A DNA stretch of 64,000 nt from Octopus bimaculoides (taxonomy: Eukaryota), in NCBI RefSeq assembly GCF_001194135.2, contig NC_068990.1, forward strand, positions 13,768,537-13,832,536. Direction: 5' to 3'. Below, one piece after another: positions 23,593 through 36,450 of this stretch. The notes under the pieces were generated by a model. The model saw only the letters and a program-made list of their open reading frames with translations. It made no database searches and was not told the DNA's origin. How positions within the stretch are numbered: the stretch's first letter is position 1; each line of letters begins with the position of its first letter. A program made the translations under genes and the position numbers.

Positions 23593-24530
23593 TGCAATCG
23601 CTATTCTCAAACTCTCGGTTTGATATACAATGTTAGTTTTTGTTTGAAAAATTTTGAGAGAAAAATATCAACAAATTTCGCTCGGAGAGCCAAAACGCAG
23701 ACGGAAATGGACAGTTTCGCAGGGTCCCGCTCAGTTTAGCAACAAAACAGAGGAGAGTATTTAACAATAGGCTTTTGGGGACACAGATAAAAGAAACAAA
23801 ATTACGAGCGATTCGATAAAAAAACTACAACAACAACAACAATCTTTTCTACAATAGGTATAAGGCCTGTATTTTATGGAAGAAGATAATAATGATGATG
23901 ATGATCTTATTTAAGTGCAGGTTATGCATTTTAGGGCATGGATCAATTGATGAAATGTATCCCGGTATTTGAATGTATTAGTTCTATTGACCAAGGTCTT
24001 GGACAGTAACTGCTAAATGAAAATAAAATAGTCTTTGTTACAATAGAAATACTTTGAGCAATGCCAGACAACAAGTGTTTAAGTTAACGAACAGAATGGT
24101 GTCCAGCACAGAGAGCTGTTGAAAAAAAAACTGGCATCTGTTATATAAGAATCTGTGAAGATCTTTAGAAGTTGGCGAGTTTTGCTGACGCAACGTGTTA
24201 AAATTTGACCTACGAAACATGATCAACAGGAAATGTTTTGCTACAACATCGACACAATGCCACAAATTTAGGAAGATATAAAAAGAGAAAGAACGAGTGA
24301 GAGTGAGGGAAGTCGAACAAACATTCTTGATTTTTATACTATTTTATCGATCCCTCAAAGCTGACTAGCAGTCATGAACCCGGCAGTAGGTGAACATAGA
24401 ATGAACTTGATATAATGGTGCAAGGTATTTAGTCAGCTTCTTATTGCGTTCTAGTTTTTTTTTTTTTAACACAAGCATTATACTTTGTATTCCATATGCT
24501 TTTATCTTGCAATAATATAATATACGACTA

Positions 24531-24730
24531 AGGCGGTGAGCTGGCAGAAACGTTAGCGCGAAAGGCTTAGCGGTAGTTCGTCTGTTTTTACGTTCTGAGT
24601 TCAAATTCCACCGAGATCGACTTTGCCTTTCATCTTTTCGAGTTCGATATATTAAGTGCTGGAGTCGATCTAATTGACTGGCCCCCTCCCCCAAATTTTC
24701 GGACCTTTTGGCTAGAGCAGAAAAGACTAT
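24531..24730 (+). mobile_element. SINE family B with 11-bp target-site duplication
   Basis: AGGCGGTGAGCTGGCAGAAACGTTAGC...GAGTTCAAATTCC...; flanked by ATATACGACTA at 24520-24530 and 24731-24741. Confidence 0.92.
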
Positions 24731-25339
24731 TATATACGACTAGTGTCAAATCAATTTCAGCACAAATGAAGATACAAACTTGGGAGCTGGTCACAGATTC
24801 TCTTAAAAGTCATTCTATTCAATATCATTTACATATCATTTTAATAGACTGTTTGATTCTATTGGCTGTTAGAAAAATTTATTTTCCTTCCCTGTATTTT
24901 CTTATTGTATGTATTTTATTATTTTATTTTTGCTGTTTTTTGAAATCCTTTACAATTTTGTCACTTTATCGAATTGATTAATGTGCATCACATGATATAT
25001 TTGTATATTTTTTCATTCTTTTATTCTTTTGATGGTTTTAGTCGTAGGACTGCGGCCATGCTGGAACACTGCCTTAACTTATTTTCTATCAGTTTGGTTG
25101 TCTTGAAATTGGTCTTTGATTGAGTTTGTTGCAGCTGATCTGCCCTAAATGTATCCTTGATGGCTAGCTGGTCCGGTATTGTCGTTAGCAGTTTATTCAA
25201 TGTTTTCTTTTTTAATGTTTCACTAGAGGTTCCTTTTATATTTTTGATTTCTTTAGGAAGTCTCTTAAACTGTTGAGGACCTGGAAATATCAGACTGGTA
25301 CAACAGAGTATTATTACTCGTGATTTCGAAGTTGGTACA

Positions 25340-26530
25340 TTTAGAAGCTGACAGTGTCTACCAGTTCAAGCACTAAAATTCTCTCTAATTCCTACAATTG
25401 AAACATGCCTACCCAAGGTTTTCCATACCTATATCATAATCTGTCTCTCTCTTCACTATGCAAGAGAGTAGAGATGCAGAGCTTTCAGACATTCCCAGTA
25501 ATTAAGGCTTTTAACCAAAGTTATTTTACTGGTAGACATTCTTTGTAACTCTTCACTTTTTTCTATGAGACTGGATGAGTTAGACGATCAAACCTTCAGG
25601 CAATAATCTAGTCTGTTTAGAACTAGGATTTTCCATAGAGTTAGCATAAATACCGGTTCTCTAGTTACGAAGGTTCGTGGGATCAATCCAATGAGGTCAT
25701 TTTGGTGATGTGACTGATCAAATTTTCACCATTTTACCTGATTACTCTCAAATCCCGTATGTCATGAACACTCTGAATCATTGTGTTACCTGATGTTAAA
25801 CATTGTGATTTGTGTGTATTCCCTCCGAAATGAAGAACCTAAAATCTTAATGTATTAGATTACATCTACCCATCGATAAATGAGGCTCAGCTCGTTTGGG
25901 AGTATGACGGTATCTTATGAAGTTTGGACAGCCGTCGATATTTTTTGAAGCATCGGCGTAACTCTTTAGGTTGGCTGAGTGCATGTGTGACACTATAATT
26001 GATATAGTGATGGTAAATAACAGTGGTACTAGCACCATGCCATGAGGTATATCACTTATTACGGGTGACTTAGTAGAGAGAACACCATTTTTAGCAACAG
26101 ATTGACTCTTTCCACAAAGGAAGTTAAAGAACCGTTCTCCAAGTTTTACCAATTTTCCCTCCATTTTGACATATGATTCCATGATCAGTCTTGTCAAACG
26201 CCTTCGCAGAATCAATGCACATGCAGTCAGTGTCCTTTCCTCTCAAGACATTATTAAGGATAGTGTTATGGTGCTGTGATAGTAGTGATAGGCAACTTCG
26301 TCCAGTCCGAAAACCATACTATGTATTGTCTAAGAGGTTGCTTTCCTCAATGTGCACAATTATTTTCCGGACAATGCATTCGATAATTTTAGATGTGCAA
26401 CATGTGAGAGAAAGAAATGTGTAACTTTTAGCTTCAGCTCTGATACCACCTTTGTGTATCGATCTTTCAAGTTTTTTAGATTGCTGTCTTACAAGTATAG
26501 AAAGTAAATGCTCGCTGACAGTATTTCTAA
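25340..26530 (-). pseudogene. Degenerate CR1/L2-group LINE reverse-transcriptase fragment
   Basis: Minus-strand peptides IHKGG, YGFRTGRSCLS, IDSAKAFDKTDHG, SDIPHGMVLVPLLF (PQG motif), SYADA (YADD) and NRLDYC, with stops and frameshifts. Confidence 0.88.
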
Positions 26531-27313
26531 GTGTGTGTGTGTGTGTGTGTGTAACCGACTTTCAGTATATGTAATGAATAATGAATAGCCAGTGGATTGG
26601 TACAACGACAAAATGTTTATTGACAGTTGTTCCGGCGCTTTACTTACTGTGTTCAAATCCCACCATACTAAAAATAAATGTACCTTTTATTTTTTCCGGC
26701 GCGATAAAATGGAGTATCAGTTCAGTTAAGTATTGATGGGCAATGGTATGGACTGACACCCCTCAACTCAAAATTACTGGACTTGTGTTTGAATTATAAG
26801 CCATTATTCGCCCAGCTGTCGACGTGCAACGAAATATTTTTACTCTTCATCAAGAAGGGAGGCGCAAAAGTCACTTTGTTATTTAAAACTTACATAACAT
26901 TTTAATACAATGACAATAGAACATTTGGTTTTGTTATATCTATTTGAGAACTTGGAAAGTACTTTTAACTAATTATTGAGTATAAAATCCCATACATAAC
27001 TTCCATTTCCAACCATAAAGATTCAATCATTTCCATTACGGCTAGTAATGTATCTGGCTCCAGTATTCTAAATTCTTGCCGAATATTGTTCTTCCGTTTC
27101 TGAAGTGTTTGGGCTCAAAATAATTTCGTCTAAGTTAATAATGCATTTATTTTTCAATTGAAGAAGTTATTTAAGTTTTAAAATGGCATGTGCCGGTTCC
27201 AAAAAAACTCACACCATTAGAATATAATGTTATATTTAAATGACTTCCATGGTACTGTGAATGAATGCGCTTCGGTTTCAACGCAGATGAAGTCATTTAA
27301 TATATAACACATC

Positions 27314-27344
<31 letters not shown>

Positions 27345-27347
27345 TAC

Positions 27348-27390
<43 letters not shown>

Positions 27391-28095
27391 NNNNNNNNNN
27401 NNNNNNNNNNNNNNNNNNNNNNNNNNNNNNNNNNNNNNNNNNNNNNNNNNNNNNNNNNNNNNNNNNNNNNNNNNNNNNNNNNNNNNNNNNNNNNNNNNNN
27501 NNNNNNNNNNNNNNNNNNNNNNNNNNNNNNNNNNNNNNNNNNNNNNNNNNNNNNNNNNNNNNNNNNNNNNNNNNNNNNNNNNNNNNNNNNNNNNNNNNNN
27601 NNNNNNNNNNNNNNNNNNNNNNNNNNNNNNNNNNNNNNNNNNNNNNNNNNNNNNNNNNNNNNNNNNNNNNNNNNNNNNNNNNNNNNNNNNNNNNNNNNNN
27701 NNNNNNNNNNNNNNNNNNNNNNNNNNNNNNNNNNNNNNNNNNNNNNNNNNNNNNNNNNNNNNNNNNNNNNNNNNNNNNNNNNNNNNNNNNNNNNNNNNNN
27801 NNNNNNNNNNNNNNNNNNNNNNNNNNNNNNNNNNNNNNNNNNNNNNNNNNNNNNNNNNNNNNNNNNNNNNNNNNNNNNNNNNNNNNNNNNNNNNNNNNNN
27901 NNNNNNNNNNNNNNNNNNNNNNNNNNNNNNNNNNNNNNNNNNNNNNNNNNNNNNNNNNNNNNNNNNNNNNNNNNNNNNNNNNNNNNNNNNNNNNNNNATA
28001 TTCATGATGAAAAGAATTAAGTAAACAAGCGATTTCATAATTGTAAATTTGGCAATATTTCAACATTATACTGGGAAATTTATCTTCTTGCGTTG

Positions 28096-28111
28096 ATTAT
28101 CATTATTATTA

Positions 28112-28173
<62 letters not shown>

Positions 28174-28188
28174 GTTATTATTATTATG
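28096..28188. repeat. (ATT)n microsatellite
   Basis: Directly visible. Confidence 0.95.
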
Positions 28189-28755
28189 TTCTTTTAAATA
28201 AATAAAAGATATAGAATCTGGACAAAAAAAGAAAACAAGACTAAATATATGATTGTACACGTATTTATTGGTGCGTGATGATATTTCCTGTTGGCGATAA
28301 CATATATCACGGAAGAAGCTTATTTTCGTAAGCTTGAAAATAAACTGTTGATACAGAGGTGAATGCTTCTTGACCTCAGCTCATTCAAATGAGTCGAAAC
28401 TGAACTATATCTGCTCCCATGCTTTGCTAATTTCGTTTCTTTCTGTCTTACATTCATTCATGTTTTTTTTTTTTGTTTTTTTTTAACTGAAGCTTTCTTT
28501 CGGTCCTTCTTTCCTTTTCTTCTTTCATAATTCGTGTTTTTCTTTTCTGCTTGGAATCAGGGATCAATTCTTTGAAAACCCATAAGGATAGTAAGGCTTA
28601 GAAAATATATTGCTGAGGTTGCGTGCAATAGTAACAAAATCTCTGAGTGTATTTGCTACTATGCATTTAACAACATGTTTTTTTCAGTATTGTGACACAC
28701 GCACGCACACACACACACACACACAAACACACACATACATATATAATATATATTT

Positions 28756-28800
<45 letters not shown>

Positions 28801-29994
28801 NNNNNNNNNNNNNNNNNNNNNNNNNNNNNNNNNNNNNNNNNNNNNNNNNNNNNNNNNNNNNNNNNNNNNNNNNNNNNNNNNNNNNNNNNNNNNNNNNNNN
28901 NNNNNNNNNNNNNNNNNNNNNNNNNNNNNNNNNNNNNNNNNNNNNNNNNNNNNNNNNNNNNNNNNNNNNNNNNNNNNNNNNNNNNNNNNNNNNNNNNNNN
29001 NNNNNNNNNNNNNNNNNNNNNNNNNNNNNNNNNNNNNNNNNNNNNNNNNNNNNNNNNNNNNNNNNNNNNNNNNNNNNNNNNNNNNNNNNNNNNNNNNNNN
29101 NNNNNNNNNNNNNNNNNNNNNNNNNNNNNNNNNNNNNNNNNNNNNNNNNNNNNNNNNNNNNNNNNNNNNNNNNNNNNNNNNNNNNNNNNNNNNNNNNNNN
29201 NNNNNNNNNNNNNNNNNNNNNNNNNNNNNNNNNNNNNNNNNNNNNNNNNNNNNNNNNNNNNNNNNNNNNNNNNNNNNNNNNNNNNNNNNNNNNNNNNNNN
29301 NNNNNNNNNNNNNNNNNNNNNNNNNNNNNNNNNNNNNNNNNNNNNNNNNNNNNNNNNNNNNNNNNNNNNNNNNNNNNNNNNNNNNNNNNNNNNNNNNNNN
29401 NNNNNNNNNNNNNNNNNNNNNNNNNNNNNNNNNNNNNNNNNNNNNNNNNNNNNNNNNNNNNNNNNNNNNNNNNNNNNNNNNNNNNNNNNNNNNNNNNNNN
29501 NNNNNNNNNNNNNNNNNNNNNNNNNNNNNNNNNNNNNNNNNNNNNNNNNNNNNNNNNNNNNNNNNNNNNNNNNNNNNNNNNNNNNNNNNNNNNNNNNNNN
29601 NNNNNNNNNNNNNNNNNNNNNNNNNNNNNNNNNNNNNNNNNNNNNNNTATGAGAGAAAAGAAAAAGAATGACTTCACTAGTAGTTCTAATCAGTTTAATT
29701 TATTATTTTTAATTTTTTAATAATATAAATTTCAGTTCATAGAGCTAGTAAGTTCCTTGTTAACTTGGATGTGGAGAATTATTGCTAAGATAATATCTTG
29801 TTAACTTATTTGGAAGGAGTTAACGAGAATTTTTTTTGTTTTTTTAATTCTCCACACTCAAGTAAAGAAAGAACTTACTAGCTCTGTGAAAACAAATGGA
29901 AAATAATAAATTAACCTGATTAGAACTACCTCTGAAGTCATTCTTTTTCTTTTTTCAAGGATCTCATACATTTTCCAATATATATATATGTATG

Positions 29995-30025
<31 letters not shown>

Positions 30026-30177
30026 ACCTAACTCACCCCTTTCTTTGCTACTTTTTCTTTATTCTTTCTCCCAACTACATATAGAACGCCTGATTATAAA
30101 TGTAAATGAATTTTGTATCACTTGACTACCTTTCTGAAGCGAAATATATACGTCTATGTGCGTGCGTGTATGTGGTG

Positions 30178-30392
30178 TGTCGACGCCCCCAGGCGAAGAA
30201 GTAGGATCTCCCAAGACATAAATAGAGGTAGTCTGGTCGTGGTAGAGTGTCAAGTAGCAGTAGAGTAGCAGTCGAGTAGCAGTTGTGTAGCAGTTGAGTA
30301 GAGATCATCCGAAGGTGCTAGATAGCAGTAGCGTTGAGACATAACAGTGTGTGGATTTGTTTATTACGCTGCATTCGCGGATTCTCATGACA
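30178..30392. mobile_element. Possible solo LTR containing an 11-bp tandem repeat
   Basis: Bounded by TGTC...GACA; contains CATAAATAGAGG and, on the minus strand, AATAAA; five T(C/T/A)GAGTAGCAG-like units at 30250-30303. No clean TSD. Confidence 0.35.
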
Positions 30393-30479
30393 CTGTCGCC
30401 ATCGAATTCCATTATTATGAATTTGAATTGGGAGCTTGAATCATACCGAATTTTTCATTAGCTGATTACACAACCATGG

Positions 30480-30850
30480 ACGCCATCTCCATGTATGCGT
30501 TGCAGTTCTTCTCCTGATAAACCTTGGTGATCCTGACCGTTGAACTTCTAGGATTCTTCCACATCAGCTAAGCTCTTCCGCTACTTCTTCACAATCCGCC
30601 ATACTGCAGTTCCATGACTTCACCGTGTATGTATGTATGTATGTATGTATGTTTGTATGTATGTATGTATGTATGTATGTTTGTATGTATGTATATATGT
30701 ACATTAGTCACTGATCGTTGCATTTGAAAAGGGGAGATTGATGAGTTCCACTCGGTGTAAATAAATATTAAGGTACTTACAATCGAAATCACTGCTTTGT
30801 GATTTCTCTTGGCGGCGGTTATGCCTCCTTCCAATATACATCCTGAATCT
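30480..30850 (-). pseudogene. Possible Tc1/mariner-superfamily transposase N-terminal relic, interrupted by a (TATG)n microsatellite
   Basis: Minus frames give TAVWRIVKK*R and, after a frameshift, QRSGSPRFIR, resembling the HTH and GRPR linker. Confidence 0.3.
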
Positions 30851-32206
30851 CTATAAATACGTCTTTGGGTTGCGCGCAGATTCTTCTCACAAAATTCCGC
30901 TCACAATCCGTTGAGAAACGTGTGATTATTTCGACATTACCAATGAAAGAATATAAATGTATCTCTTGAATGTCAACTCGAACCCATAGTCACGTATTGA
31001 TAAAACAAATTTCTTAAACATAAGGCCATGCGTAAGTCATGTTAGAAAACTTTTCTACCAACAAGTGTCTTAAAAGCAAGCGCACATCGGAAACCTTTTA
31101 TATGTTTGACGTATATGAAATTACATAGAATTCTATAATAGAAGAGAGAAGGTCACTTTAACGATGTAGAGTTTGCTTTCAGATATTTCCATGTCATTTC
31201 ATACTCACTTCACTCAGATATACGAATCACTAAAATGTAATCGATAGCTGTATTTCTATCTTTCTACTGAAAGACACATCGTACATGTACACACATATAC
31301 ATATATACATTAGCACTCGCATAGATATACACACAAACTCTCACACACACACATATATATATATATATACATATACATATCAATGTACGTGGGTGTCTGT
31401 GTGTATACATGTGCATACATAACGGTAATGTTGTTTAAATATGTTTGTATGTATGCAGTATATATATACATATGTATATACGCATGCGCATCTTTATGGA
31501 AATAGATTTACTAATATTGGGAACAATGTGTTCTAAAAAAATATAGTTTTACGATAGGTTTATGTCAGCTTAATATGATGCATACACATAAAACATAAAT
31601 CCTTGTTTATAGTACGCAATATGGAAGTCATATGCATACATAGAAACGAAAACACACATACGCAGTCACACACAAAGACACACACACATGTATATAAATA
31701 CATATTTACATTTAAATATAAATAAATATATACATATATATAATATATGTATGCATGCGTACACTATATACATGTGTAAATAATGTGTACAGAAGCATGT
31801 GTACAGAAGCATAGATGCATACATACAATCAGATATGCATAGATACGTATATGTGTGTGTAAGTATAGTTGTATACTTAAAATTGTGACGGTATTGTATT
31901 GTTTTCTGTACAGGATTTATAGGCAGTTTTATTGCATTTGTTTTAAAGAATGAAGAAGGTAAACACACAAGCCAGTTATGTTTTTGAAAATATTTACATA
32001 AGATATCTTCTATTCTGCATAGAAACTTTTGCAATATCCGTCCGACGACCGCGACAACCATTAATACTTCATGATTCTTGGCTCTCATTCTCTTTTCGTT
32101 CCTAGTCGCTTAATCCATATTTCTTCTTTCGTTTCCATGAAGCAAAATATTTGTTATCTCTTTTTCTTTATTCGTTTTTAGAATTTTTCAGTCTCTCATT
32201 CAAACT

Positions 32207-32208
<2 letters not shown>

Positions 32209-32262
<54 letters not shown>

Positions 32263-32501
32263 TTCCCTCTCGCTCTCTCTTTCTCTCTCGCACACATCCA
32301 AACTCTATCAATTTGTCTATCTCTCTATCTCCTTCTCCCTCCCTCTCCCCCTCTCTCTCTCTCTCTCCCACTTTCTCTCCTCCTCTGTCCCTCCGTCTCT
32401 CACAACTCTCTCTCCTCCTTCTTTTCTTTCACCCTTCTTTCCCTTCTCCTCCCTCATTCCTAGTCTCTATCCCTCCCTCCCCCCTCCCTCCNNNNNNNNN
32501 N

Positions 32502-32551
<50 letters not shown>

Positions 32552-32790
32552 TCTCGCTCTCTCTCTCTCTCTTTCTCTCTCTCTCTTTCCCTCTCGCTCT
32601 CTCTTTCTCTCTCGCACACATCCAAACTCTATCAATTTGTCTATCTCTCTATCTCCTTCTCCCTCCCTCTCNNNNNNNNNNNNNNNNNNNNNNNNNNNNN
32701 NNNNNNNNNNNNNNNNNNNNNNNNNNNNNNNNNNNNNNNNNNCTTAGTCTCTATCCCTCCCTCCCCCCCTCTCTCTCTGTCTATGTCTGT
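32209..32790. repeat. (CT)-rich low-complexity region containing a roughly 300-bp direct duplication
   Basis: TCGCACACATCCAAACTCTATCAATTTGTCTATCTCTCTATCTCCTTCTCCC occurs at about 32288 and 32612; TAGTCTCTATCCCTCCCTCCCCCC at about 32461 and 32746. Confidence 0.85.
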
Positions 32791-33110
32791 TTCTCTTCTA
32801 TCGTAATCATATCGATATGTTCTCCCTTAATTGATGTTGTTGTCGTTGTTGTCATCCTTTGTTGTTAGAGATGTACTTTTTTCATACAGCTCCGCTTAGA
32901 AATAAATATTTCCACGGTTATTTTATGAACAAAAATGTATTTTTGATTTTCTTTTTACGAACAAAGGACTTCGAAACATTAGTATGCAACATCACTTGTC
33001 TCTATTCAAAAAAATTCTCCAACGTTAGACATTTTTATTCCATGAAAATATTATTGCGAAGATTCGTTGCAATTTCCTTATTAGTCTGTAAATTTGGCAC
33101 TGACGTTAAA

Positions 33111-33432
33111 GGGTAAAAAAGGGTACTAACTCCCTTCGGTCAAGAATGACTATGCGAATGCACCCAGAAAGTTACCCTCCGAGGCACAAGTCCGGGCAAG
33201 GTTCTTTATAGGAAACCAGCATAAACATGCATACCAGCCTCTCCTCTCCACACCACAGATGTTATCCAAAGGAAAGGCATAGGGGTCGATACAGCTTGAA
33301 ACCAGTGACGTCGCAACTCATTTCTACAGCTTAATAAAACGGAGCAACGTGAAATAGAGTGCCTTGCTCAAGAACATAACACATCCCGGTCCGAGAATCG
33401 AACTTACTACCCGACGCTCTAACCACTGAGCA
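33111..33432 (-). mobile_element. tRNA-derived SINE, family D
   Basis: Minus: CTCAGTGGTTAGAGCGTC...GTTCGATTCTCGGACC...TTGAGCAAGGCACTCTATTTCACGTTGCTCC...GAGTTGCGACGTCACTGG...CCTTGCCCGGACTTGTGCCTCGGAGGGTAAC. Tail also at 52942. Confidence 0.85.
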
Positions 33433-33459
33433 AAAACGAATTTATCTTCAATATTTTGT

Positions 33460-33660
33460 CACAAGGCCAGTAATTTTGAAGGAGGGAAAAAGTCGAGTAC
33501 ATCGACCCAAGTGTTCAGCTGATACTTATTTAACTGTTCACCGGAAGGATGAAAGGCAAAGTCGACTTTGGCTGAATTTGATCTCAGAACCTATAGACAG
33601 ATGAAACGCCCCTAAGCATTATGCCCCGGCATGCTAACGATTCTGTCAGCTCGCACCCTA
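33460..33660 (-). mobile_element. SINE family B
   Basis: CACAAGGCC...GGATGAAAGGCAAAGTCGAC...CTAAGCAT...GCTAACGATTCTGTCAGCTCGC. Confidence 0.85.
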
Positions 33661-33691
33661 CTATATGCTCAATATATTGATAAAAGTAAAA

Positions 33692-34100
33692 CGCGGTGAG
33701 CTGGCAGAAACGTTAGCACGCCGAGTGAAATGCTTAGCGGTATTTTGTCAGCCGTTAAGTTCTCAGTTCAAATTCCGCCACGGGCGACTTTACCTTTTAT
33801 CCGTTTGGAGTCGATAAATTAAGTACCAGTTACGCACTGGGGTCTATGTAATCGCCTTAATCCCTTCGTCTGTCCTTGTTTGTCCCCTCTATGTTTACCC
33901 CCTTGTGGGCAATAAAGAAATAAGAAACGTTAGCACATCGGGCGAAATGCTTAGCAGTATTTCGTCTGTCTTTACGTTCTGAGTTCAAATTCCGCCGAGG
34001 TCGACTTTGCCTTTCATTCTTTGGAGGTCGATAAATTAAGTACCAGTTGCATACTGGGGTCGATCTAATCGACTGGCTCCCTCCTCCAAAATTTCGGGCC
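33692..34100 (+). mobile_element. Dimeric SINE family B
   Basis: Monomer, linker CCCCTTGTGGGCAATAAAGAAATAAG, then a second 5'-clipped monomer starting AAACGTTAGCAC. Confidence 0.9.
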
Positions 34101-34309
34101 GAACATAGTTTTTAGAATATAAACATCACATATACAATTATGTAAATAGATATTGTTATAAACACATAGAGCCAGTGTTTGACAAACTAAAGCAAAAGAT
34201 TAAATAGCGTTTTAAAACATATAAACTCATTCTTTGCTAGTAATAATTGGTTCATCAAGAAATTTGAGTTATGATATCGGTAAATAGCTGAAGAATATTG
34301 GAATGGAAT

Positions 34310-35543
34310 ATGTGGCATGGTGATCGCCCTTCATATTTCAGGAGATTACTCTGATAATGCCTAACTGGATGGAAATGGTCCTCAGTTTTTGGTTTCATAC
34401 CAGAGCATGATAGCCACTGATGAGTAAGGCTTTGACCTACATCAGGGTCTTTGACTCTGGTCGAGCATTTGCCATGCAGCGGCCTTTGCTCCCATCTTTT
34501 CTTAGCATGGTGGAGGCTGGTTTGTTTGGCTATGGTTTATATTTGTGTTGTCTGCTTCTTCTTGTTACATTTCTTGAAGGCATATTTTCCTGATTTTCTT
34601 CACTGAGCGAATATTTTTGGTATCTTCATGTTTCAGAACCAGCATTAACACCTGGTTATTTGCTTGCTACAAGAAGACAGAAAGTCCCGTGGCTGTAATT
34701 TTCAATGACAGTCGAGATTGTATTAACCCCCGACCGTTTTCTTTTCTCGGGAGGTATATTCAGTCTGTGTCTTCCTTTGAGTGATACATACAATGCATTG
34801 TCCTCAGTTTTCGCATTTTGACATCAACTTTGTTGATCTCAAGGACGAACTAGTTTGATCTGTATTGTGATTACAAGCATGGCCAATGTATCTATGGCCT
34901 CACTTTCATTTCTGGATTTGAGCTCACTTTTCAGAATGTTTCTTCTTCGGTAGCAATCCTTCCTTATCTTTTCTCTCAGTAGCAAGTATTTAATTCCATC
35001 TCTTTCGCTCCTAGAACTTATAACTGCTCTACGGTTCTAATTATTCTACCTCGGTGGCTCTATCTAGGATGATGTATGTATTTGATAGTTTTCTCTTGAT
35101 AAATGTAGCCTTGGCGTATTTGTCAAACGCAAATTTCATTTTGATGTCATCGCTAAATTGTTTGACTGTATGTTAGCGTGTTTGCAGTTCTTGATAATTC
35201 TATAAAGAAGAGATGAGTAATCGCTTTTCCATAACGCTTTGTGGTCACAATTTCTTTCATTCATGCGATTTCTTAGAGGAAACAGTGTTAAGCAGCAAAA
35301 AAGAAGAAATAATGATCCTTCTTGAAGGATTCCACATTAATATTGAGTTTAACATCGTTTATATTTGCAGAGTGTCATTGTTGATAATAAATGTCGCTTT
35401 TTAGAGCTTCTTGGCGTGAGATACAAAATTCAAGACTACTGGTGAAATTTTTAACATCTCCAAGATAGTTTTTATCCATCTGTGAAGAACAATATCAGAG
35501 GCCTTTTTGTAGTCTATCCAGGTCACAGAGAGATGTTTTTTTT
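34310..35543 (-). pseudogene. R4/Dong-like non-LTR retrotransposon RT fragment
   Basis: Minus: VTWIDYKKASDIVLHRWIKTILEMLKIS, CGILQEGSL, TVKQFSDDIKMKFAFDKYAK, LHGK...LTHQWL..SG.KP.TE; many lesions. Confidence 0.85.
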
Positions 35544-35546
35544 CCT

Positions 35547-35735
35547 GTTGTTATTATTATTAATATTATTATATGGTGAGAGAGCAGCACACGCCATCTA
35601 AGTGTCACTGGGGTACAAATAGACGAGGTTCAGTATACCCATTGTGACTACCCGTCTGAGTGTACACAAGGCACATGCATCACAACAGCATGCGTGCATG
35701 ATGGGGATCTTATATCACGGTAAGTAGCACATGAT
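35547..35735 (-). mobile_element. Retroposon 3' end with (AAT)n tail, copy 3
   Basis: (ATT) tract then GAGAGAGCAGCACACGCCATC.AAGTGTCACTGGGGTA...CAAGGCACATGCATCACAAC. Confidence 0.75.
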
Positions 35736-35744
35736 CTAGCCATT

Positions 35745-35957
35745 CAGCAATTCGTTTTATTTTTTCTGCATTCTGAGTTCAAATCCTAACGAAATCGACT
35801 TTGCTTAGCAACATTTTTATCCGTCTTTCATTCAGAATTTAAATTAAGCCGAGATCGACTTTGCTTTTCATCCTTTCAGTGTCGATAAAATAAGTACCAG
35901 TTGAACACTTGGGTCGATTTGATCATCTTGCCCCCTCCTTCAAAATTTCAGGCCAGA
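35745..35957 (+). mobile_element. Degenerate SINE family B, head partly duplicated
   Basis: TTCTGAGTTCAAATCC..ATCGACTTTGC occurs twice, then GTCGATAAAATAAGTACCAGTTG...AAATTTCAGGCC. Confidence 0.75.
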
Positions 35958-35975
35958 AATTATTATTATTATTAT

Positions 35976-36042
<67 letters not shown>

Positions 36043-36046
36043 TTCA

Positions 36047-36450
36047 AAGGCGACGAGCTGGCAGAAACGTTAGCACGCCGAGCGAAATGCTTAGCGGTAT
36101 TTCGTCTGCCGCTACGTTCTGAGTTCAAATTCCGCCGAGGTCGACTTCGCCTTTCATCCTTCCGGGGTCGATAAATTAAGTACCAGTTACGCACTGGGGT
36201 CGATGTAATCGACTTAATCCGTTTGTCTGTCCTTGTTTGTCTCCTCTATGTTTAGCCCCTTGTGGGCAATACAGAAATAGGTATTTCGTCTGCTGCTACG
36301 TTCTGATTTCAAATTCCGCCGATGTCGACTTTGCCTTCAATCTTTTCGGGGCCGATAAATTACGTGCAAGTTATGCACTGGGGTCGATGTATTCGACCTA
36401 ACCCCTCACCCAAATTTCAGACATTGTGCCTATAGTACAAAAAAGTATTA
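36047..36450 (+). mobile_element. Dimeric SINE family B, downstream of a (TAG)n tract (about 35977-36041)
   Basis: Monomer, linker CCCCTTGTGGGCAATACAGAAATAG, then a second monomer starting GTATTTCGTCTG. Confidence 0.9.

Noticed and set aside
30250-30303. Short regularly spaced repeats as a CRISPR-like array
   Set aside because: Contiguous 11-bp tandem units with no spacers, in a eukaryotic context.
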